Below are positions 59,341 to 64,000 of a stretch of 64,000 nt of DNA, one piece after another (the first letter of the stretch is position 1; each line of letters opens with the position of its first letter). The stretch lies in IMG/VR virus record IMGVR_UViG_2885360797_000005; one strand, given 5' to 3'. A model generated the notes under the pieces. That model did no database searches. It was not told the origin of the DNA and worked only from the letters and a program-made list of their open reading frames with translations. The translations under genes were made by a program, and so were the position numbers. Origin of the DNA: a virus. Taxonomy: Duplodnaviria > Caudoviricetes.

Positions 59341-61874
59341 GTAGGCTCGACACAAAGCGCGTTACCGCATTGCTGCGGCACGTTTCCACGTGTCTGCCCC
59401 CGAACCGGACGTACATGTCTCCATGTATCCGGCTCTCCAGTGGTTTAACTCTATGTGTCATAAGCAAGTGTCTCATTTCTTTTTCTGATTGATGATTTCC
59501 ATACAAGATTTACATACTGCAAGCGTCTTTCTCCTGCGTCTGAGCATCTGCCTACCCCAAGGGGTATCGTTGTCAAGCTCAGACAGCAACCGCACATGGT
59601 GCATATGGAGCTGTTGGTTTTCTTGACCGCATAACTCACACTTTCCCGCTTTCAGACGGTTGATTAGAGTCGTTTTCGGCAATTGCTCCGCGACTGCCTC
59701 AAGATGTGTCTGCTCGTCATAGCCCTTGGGCTTCCTTGCGAATCCCATGTTGTAGAGGACGGTCTCCTTGGTGGTTCCGTTCTTATCCTTATGGGTAATC
59801 ACGAATCTACCTTTCTTGGAGTAGCGTCTTTTGACCTTGGATTTGGTCAGGTTCAGCTTTTGGGCCAGCGTTTTGCATAGACTGTATTCCATGATGTACG
59901 CGAATGACGAACATTGTCTTGAACAGTTATTGGCGATGCAGTAGTAATTGTAGAATCCTCTTATCTCCGAATTGAACCTGCTGAGGATAATGTGCGGTTC
60001 CATTGCCAGCATCTTTGTACGCGATTTCGGCATCCACACGGTTTTGCCGTCCAACTCACGGTATGTGACGGCATCGTGCTTTTCAAGAGCCTTTCTCACG
60101 GTCTCGGAATTTACAAGCAACTGCACTTTTCCTCTATGGTTGCGTTGGAGAATGCCCCTGCTGTTTCTGCTCATCATGTCGGAGTTCAGCACCGTAATAT
60201 CATAGCCAAGGAATTTTGCGGTTTCCTCGCAATGGGTTATCAAGGTCTTTTCGGGCGACAGTTCGAGTTTGAGGCAATCACGCATATGTGCAGTGATGTC
60301 TGCCTTGATGTTCTCGCAGTCTGTCTTTGACCCGATTACGCCTATAAGGAAATCGTCAGCATACCTTGTATATACGATACGTCGGTAATCTTCGTCCATA
60401 TCGAGCTTGCAGGGAATGGTTCTCAGTTGAGCCTGCATGACGGCAAGCCGTTCCGTCATGTCAGCCCTCTTGTTTTCATCTGTCTCTTGGCGCAGTTTGC
60501 GTCTCAACGCACAAGTTTTGGTATTGAGATTGAAATACGTCGGATTGCGCTTGCGACCTACACCTCTGTTAAAAGTCTTGGCATAATCTTCCATGTATCT
60601 GTCGAAGCGGTTAAGGTAGATATTGGCAAGTATCGGGGAGATAATGCCACCTTGGGGTGTGCCGTGATAGGATTCATGGAATTTCCAATCCTCGACATAT
60701 CCTGCATTGAGGAACTTACGAATCATACGGAGAAAACGCTCGTCGGAAATCCGCTCACGCAGGATGTCGATGAGTGTGTCGTGGTCGATATTGTCGAAGA
60801 AGCCTTTTATGTCACCTTCGACAAACCACTTCACACCCGTGAACGTCCTTTGAATCTGAGTCAGTGCGGTATGGCAGCTCTTGTGAGGTCTGAAGCCATG
60901 GGAGCGGTCGGAGAACGCACCCTCATAGATGGCTTGCAGAATCATCCGCGCTACCTCCTGCACAAGCTTGTCACTCCATGACGGGATTCCGAGAGGACGC
61001 AGTTTCCCGTTTTTCTTCGGGATATATGTCCTCTTTGCAGGATGTGGGGTATAGGTCTCATCCTTGAGACTTTCAATCAGTCGCTTAATCTTCGCGAGGC
61101 TCATGCCGTCCATGGTCTCCCCGTCAGTGCCGGGCGTCATGTTGCCCTGCTTGACTTTGAGCCTCTCGTAAGCGGCATAATACATCTCCTCATTGAAGAG
61201 CAAGCGGTAGAGACGCTCGTACTTATAGTCCGAGGTCTTGCTGTGTGAACACAGAGTGTCGATTATCAACTGTGGATTTCTCATACGTCTCTCACGTCTT
61301 CTACGGTTGATAACTGACAGCCACCTGCCACCCTTCGCCATGTACGCGGCTTTCCCGCGCTCGGACTACTATGGTGGCTCCGTTGCCATGTCGGGTATTC
61401 ATGACCTTTGTCAATAGCCTTGCGGCATCCCGATTTAGGCAATCTTCGCTTAGATATATAGCAACAGGCACAGCATACTGTCGGATACGACTTTCGTTCT
61501 TCTATCCGCTTATTGCGGTCGCTTCGGGACTGACTCGTTGCCTTGCGCGAAAATGCAGGTCGCGCAGGTGTCCCGATACGGCGTATGTAACTGCTTTCCG
61601 CCGTAGCCACTTCTAAGGCCGCTGAACTATCGTTCAACCAATCAGGCTTTATCCTCATGTATGCCTTTCTTCCTTGCACCTCAGTCGCGGATTTGCAGTT
61701 ATCCGACTCGGCACTTTTCAGACATGCTGTTTTCCTCCCTTGGTTTCCCGCAGAAGTGTCCGCTCCGTCACCACAAGGGTGGCAGAGAGTAAGTCTGATG
61801 GAAGTAGGTAAAATTGAGTCCATACCTAAACTATTGCTATTTAGTTATTTGCTATATATCCTATACGAACGCAC
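59341..61874 (-). mobile_element. Group II intron (2534 nt, LtrB-like)
   Basis: 5' GTGCG at 61874; domain V GAGCCGGATACATGGAGACATGTACGTCCGGTTC; domain VI ending ...AGCCTAC at 59341; IEP inside. Confidence 0.93.
59473..61284 (-). CDS. ltrA: Intron-encoded reverse transcriptase/maturase/endonuclease
   Basis: PKKNGKLRPLGIP, GDIKGFFD, GTPQGG, RYADDF, X domain, CELC...HHV...C..C endonuclease-like domain. Confidence 0.93.
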   Translation of the reverse strand: MRNPQLIIDTLCSHSKTSDYKYERLYRLLFNEEMYYAAYERLKVKQGNMTPGTDGETMDGMSLAKIKRLIESLKDETYTPHPAKRTYIPKKNGKLRPLGIPSWSDKLVQEVARMILQAIYEGAFSDRSHGFRPHKSCHTALTQIQRTFTGVKWFVEGDIKGFFDNIDHDTLIDILRERISDERFLRMIRKFLNAGYVEDWKFHESYHGTPQGGIISPILANIYLNRFDRYMEDYAKTFNRGVGRKRNPTYFNLNTKTCALRRKLRQETDENKRADMTERLAVMQAQLRTIPCKLDMDEDYRRIVYTRYADDFLIGVIGSKTDCENIKADITAHMRDCLKLELSPEKTLITHCEETAKFLGYDITVLNSDMMSRNSRGILQRNHRGKVQLLVNSETVRKALEKHDAVTYRELDGKTVWMPKSRTKMLAMEPHIILSRFNSEIRGFYNYYCIANNCSRQCSSFAYIMEYSLCKTLAQKLNLTKSKVKRRYSKKGRFVITHKDKNGTTKETVLYNMGFARKPKGYDEQTHLEAVAEQLPKTTLINRLKAGKCELCGQENQQLHMHHVRLLSELDNDTPWGRQMLRRRRKTLAVCKSCMEIINQKKK

Positions 61875-62127
61875 ACATCTTGAAATACACGTTGAAAGCT
61901 CCCACCAAGGCGATTACGGCTGCGATTGCCTTCATCAGGTTGGAAACCGGGGTCTGGTAGGAACTGATTTCGGTGGTGGCTTTTGTAAAGCCGGCCGCAC
62001 CTTTGCTTGCCGCCATCATGTCACCCACGGAGATGGTAAGTGCGGTTACTGCCAACAAGCTTTTGTGTGCGAAAGAGGAACCCATGAAGCGGTCATACGC
62101 ACGTTTCAGTTTTTTCTTGAATTGCAT
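61875..62127 (-). CDS. Exon 1 of the TraE/VirB2 pilin-like gene
   Basis: Leader + AIAAVIALVGAFNVYFKM; 253 + 101 nt = 354 nt, a 117-aa spliced ORF. Confidence 0.85.
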
Positions 62128-62240
62128 TTTTTTTGAAATTGTTTATCTGATTTCATCACCCAAGGAACAGAGGTCGCTAAAGGAACGTGTGGGCTTCTTT
62201 TTAGAAGCTATATATTGTTTTGTCGGGTAAGTTTCTATGC

Positions 62241-62678
62241 TCACCTTGCTTTCTCACACTCATGGATGACCTTACTTAAATCCGATTCTCCATTCTCTGC
62301 CATCTTATTTGCTTCTACAACCAAATCTTCAACCAAGATGCCATCTGTCATGATAGGTTCACGGAAGCCGGGGCGGTGGAATGGTTGTTCCGTGCTTGAT
62401 TCAGGTTGTTTCCGGTCTGACGTTGTTTCAGAATTAGAATCCGATTGTTTTTCCGATTCATTCTGATTCTCAGTTTCTTTCTGTTTCGACTCATCCCGGC
62501 TGATTCTGAATGGCTTGAAGGTCTTTGCTTCATCCGATATGTCTATGTCTTCTTCTGATTGTGATTCCAGTTCCGCCACCTGTGCTGCCTTGGCTTTCAT
62601 GATGTCGAGGACTATCAATGCCGCATAGTAGAACAAGAGGACGATGAAAAGCAGGAATACTATTTGTCCGTATTGCAT
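62241..62678 (-). CDS. Membrane-anchored acidic protein (TraD position)
   Basis: N-terminal TM followed by an acidic low-complexity region. Confidence 0.7.
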   Translation of the reverse strand: MQYGQIVFLLFIVLLFYYAALIVLDIMKAKAAQVAELESQSEEDIDISDEAKTFKPFRISRDESKQKETENQNESEKQSDSNSETTSDRKQPESSTEQPFHRPGFREPIMTDGILVEDLVVEANKMAENGESDLSKVIHECEKAR

Positions 62679-62690
62679 GGTGCTATGTTA

Positions 62691-63278
62691 TTATAAGGTG
62701 AATACTACTTGCAGATTAGTTCCTGACATTGGCAGGAAGCTCAATCCCAACTTGACGGCTTTGTTTTCTAGCTTAGTCTTGCGCTCGAAGTTGTCCGTGG
62801 CATACAACAGGATACGCTCGCCGCATACGACATACCCCAGACTTTTGAGCCGTGAGCGGAGCCTTACCCTGGCACGGTTGGAAACCACCTTGATTCCTGT
62901 CAGCGGTTCAAGCCCGAAGATTACATGCCGCCTTTCCCGTTTGATTAGCTCATTCCGGGTTTGGGATATGATAAGGGATGTTTCTCTCCGGCTGCGTTTC
63001 AGCCCCAACTTGGCGGCGATGTTGCATACATTCGTCCGGCTTGTACCCAAATCACGGGCCATCTGTGTGAATGACTTGTAATGGAAATGCCTGCGGATAT
63101 AGTCGGCACGCTCCATCCATTTCGTCTTGGCAACTTTTACCAGCCCTAATTTGCGGGCTTTCTGCTTGACAAGGGTCTCGCTTACTCCCAATACTATGGC
63201 GGTATGGGAAGTTGTTTCCACCGGGTACAGTTCCGTCAAGAGGGTTGTCATCTGGTCAGTCCATTGGATTGTCCTCAT
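62691..63278 (-). CDS. Basic protein with two tandem HTH/Myb-like repeats
   Basis: WT...L..LYP...A..LG.S...V..KA.KLGL pattern repeated. Confidence 0.65.
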   Translation of the reverse strand: MRTIQWTDQMTTLLTELYPVETTSHTAIVLGVSETLVKQKARKLGLVKVAKTKWMERADYIRRHFHYKSFTQMARDLGTSRTNVCNIAAKLGLKRSRRETSLIISQTRNELIKRERRHVIFGLEPLTGIKVVSNRARVRLRSRLKSLGYVVCGERILLYATDNFERKTKLENKAVKLGLSFLPMSGTNLQVVFTL

Positions 63279-63661
63279 GCTTTTGCCTCCTTATAGTTGG
63301 TGAAAAGCGACTTGTTATCACGGCGGTACTGCGCAAGCTGTGGCAGGTAGGTCTTGAAGAACGTGCGGACAATGGCGTTCACTATGTCGGAGCGGCTGCG
63401 GTTATGGATGTTGCACTCGTCCAGTGAGTCGGCAAGGTCGCGGTCTAACTTGCAGATCATCCGTTCTCCTTTGTCTTCCTGGGTATCTGTTTCAAGATAG
63501 GACAAGAAGGATTGCCAGTAGTCGGAGTTAGCCGATTCAAAATCTTTGGTTATTTCCACTTGATAAGTAGTAGCAGTTTCCGTATGCTCATCCGTAAGAG
63601 CCATTTCAGGGTCATTGATGCCTTTGAGAAGGTCATCTATTTCGGGAATGTCTTTTGTCAT
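63275..63661 (-). CDS. Hypothetical protein (possible RHH partner of ParA)
   Basis: Downstream of the ParA-like gene; SRSDIVNAIV. Confidence 0.65.
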   Translation of the reverse strand: MTKDIPEIDDLLKGINDPEMALTDEHTETATTYQVEITKDFESANSDYWQSFLSYLETDTQEDKGERMICKLDRDLADSLDECNIHNRSRSDIVNAIVRTFFKTYLPQLAQYRRDNKSLFTNYKEAKA

Positions 63662-63678
63662 TGCTTCTATGTTGATAG

Positions 63679-64000
63679 TTATTGATTCTCTTTTGCTTTT
63701 CTTTTTAATTCCGCCTCCAAATTTTCGGTCAGTTGTATTCCTGTCAATTTCGGCTCCCGGATGGATTCGGTCGTGTCAAAAATGTAGGAGTAGATACGTT
63801 CAAAGACCGGGGTAACGATACCGCTCTGTTTATCCAGAGCCGCCATCGTACTGAAACGCTCCATGTCGGCACGTTTGGGGATTCTTCCGGTTACAATTCC
63901 ATAGTTGCAGAAGGTCTCTCTGGTGTTCTCCCAAATAACCAGTTCAGAGCGTTTGCCCACTCTGCCGTCATGCAGGTTGGGGACAATGAAAAGCTGTGCT
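63679..64000 (-). CDS. C-terminal part of a ParA/TraA-like protein (truncated by the edge)
   Basis: Frame open to the edge (AQLFIVPNLHDGRVG...IPKRADMER); position at the head of the tra region. Confidence 0.55.
   Translation of the reverse strand, partial: AQLFIVPNLHDGRVGKRSELVIWENTRETFCNYGIVTGRIPKRADMERFSTMAALDKQSGIVTPVFERIYSYIFDTTESIREPKLTGIQLTENLEAELKRKAKENQ

Larger units (their letters stand above)
3793..64000. mobile_element. Integrative conjugative element (continues beyond the right edge; relaxase and its own integrase not in window)
   Basis: att site, xis-like genes, primase, VirB4/VirB6/VirB8/VirB9/VirB10/VirD4 equivalents, ArdC, PcfJ/K, cargo. Confidence 0.88.

Noticed and set aside
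59240-59506. 88-aa ORF as a stand-alone gene
   Set aside because: Its first part is intron domains V-VI; only 59240-59340 is coding (exon 2)
59473-61284. RT as a DGR, retron or Abi RT
   Set aside because: It has maturase/endonuclease-like domains and is flanked by GTGCG and domains V/VI; no TR/VR pair seen
61500-61874. EBS1/IBS1 pairing of the intron
   Set aside because: The best loop found by eye pairs only ~4 nt with the exon end; not assignable without folding
1-64000. tRNA/rRNA genes, IS elements, resistance genes, relaxase/oriT
   Set aside because: None recognisable by eye; the relaxase and oriT probably lie beyond the right edge

Overview
This is Bacteroidales DNA, judged from the TAnnTTTG promoters and Bacteroidota-type tra genes, and essentially all of it is mobile. 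(i) Bases 1-~3700 are the end of a prophage: a virion/ejection-like gene, a TerS-like gene, a decayed replication/origin region and a tyrosine integrase. (ii) Bases 3675-3821 hold two tandem copies of a ppdK-like 3' end (AQAAIEE*/AAQAALED*), read as attachment sites of elements stacked at one hotspot. (iii) From ~3800 to beyond 64000 lies a large ICE. It carries a cI/cro-like switch, xis-like genes, a primase-helicase with a putative oriV and RloAB. It also has two minus-strand leading-region operons, each preceded by a 205-225-nt hairpin with Frpo-like ssDNA-promoter geometry. A ~21-kb defence island contains a type I R-M locus with a recombinase, Fic and direct-repeat-bounded hsdS halves, then McrBC, then an unnamed run of radical SAM, nuclease-TM, Cys-rich-HIRAN, pseudo-ADP-ribosylhydrolase, RecD2, REase and phosphoesterase genes. 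A minus-strand T4SS region follows, whose pilin-like gene is split by an intact group II intron. The best candidates for novelty are the tvr-like excision/reintegration hsdS shufflon, the radical SAM/HIRAN/pseudo-ARH module and the paired ssDNA promoters. All family calls come from motif recognition by eye; no searches or folding programs were run.
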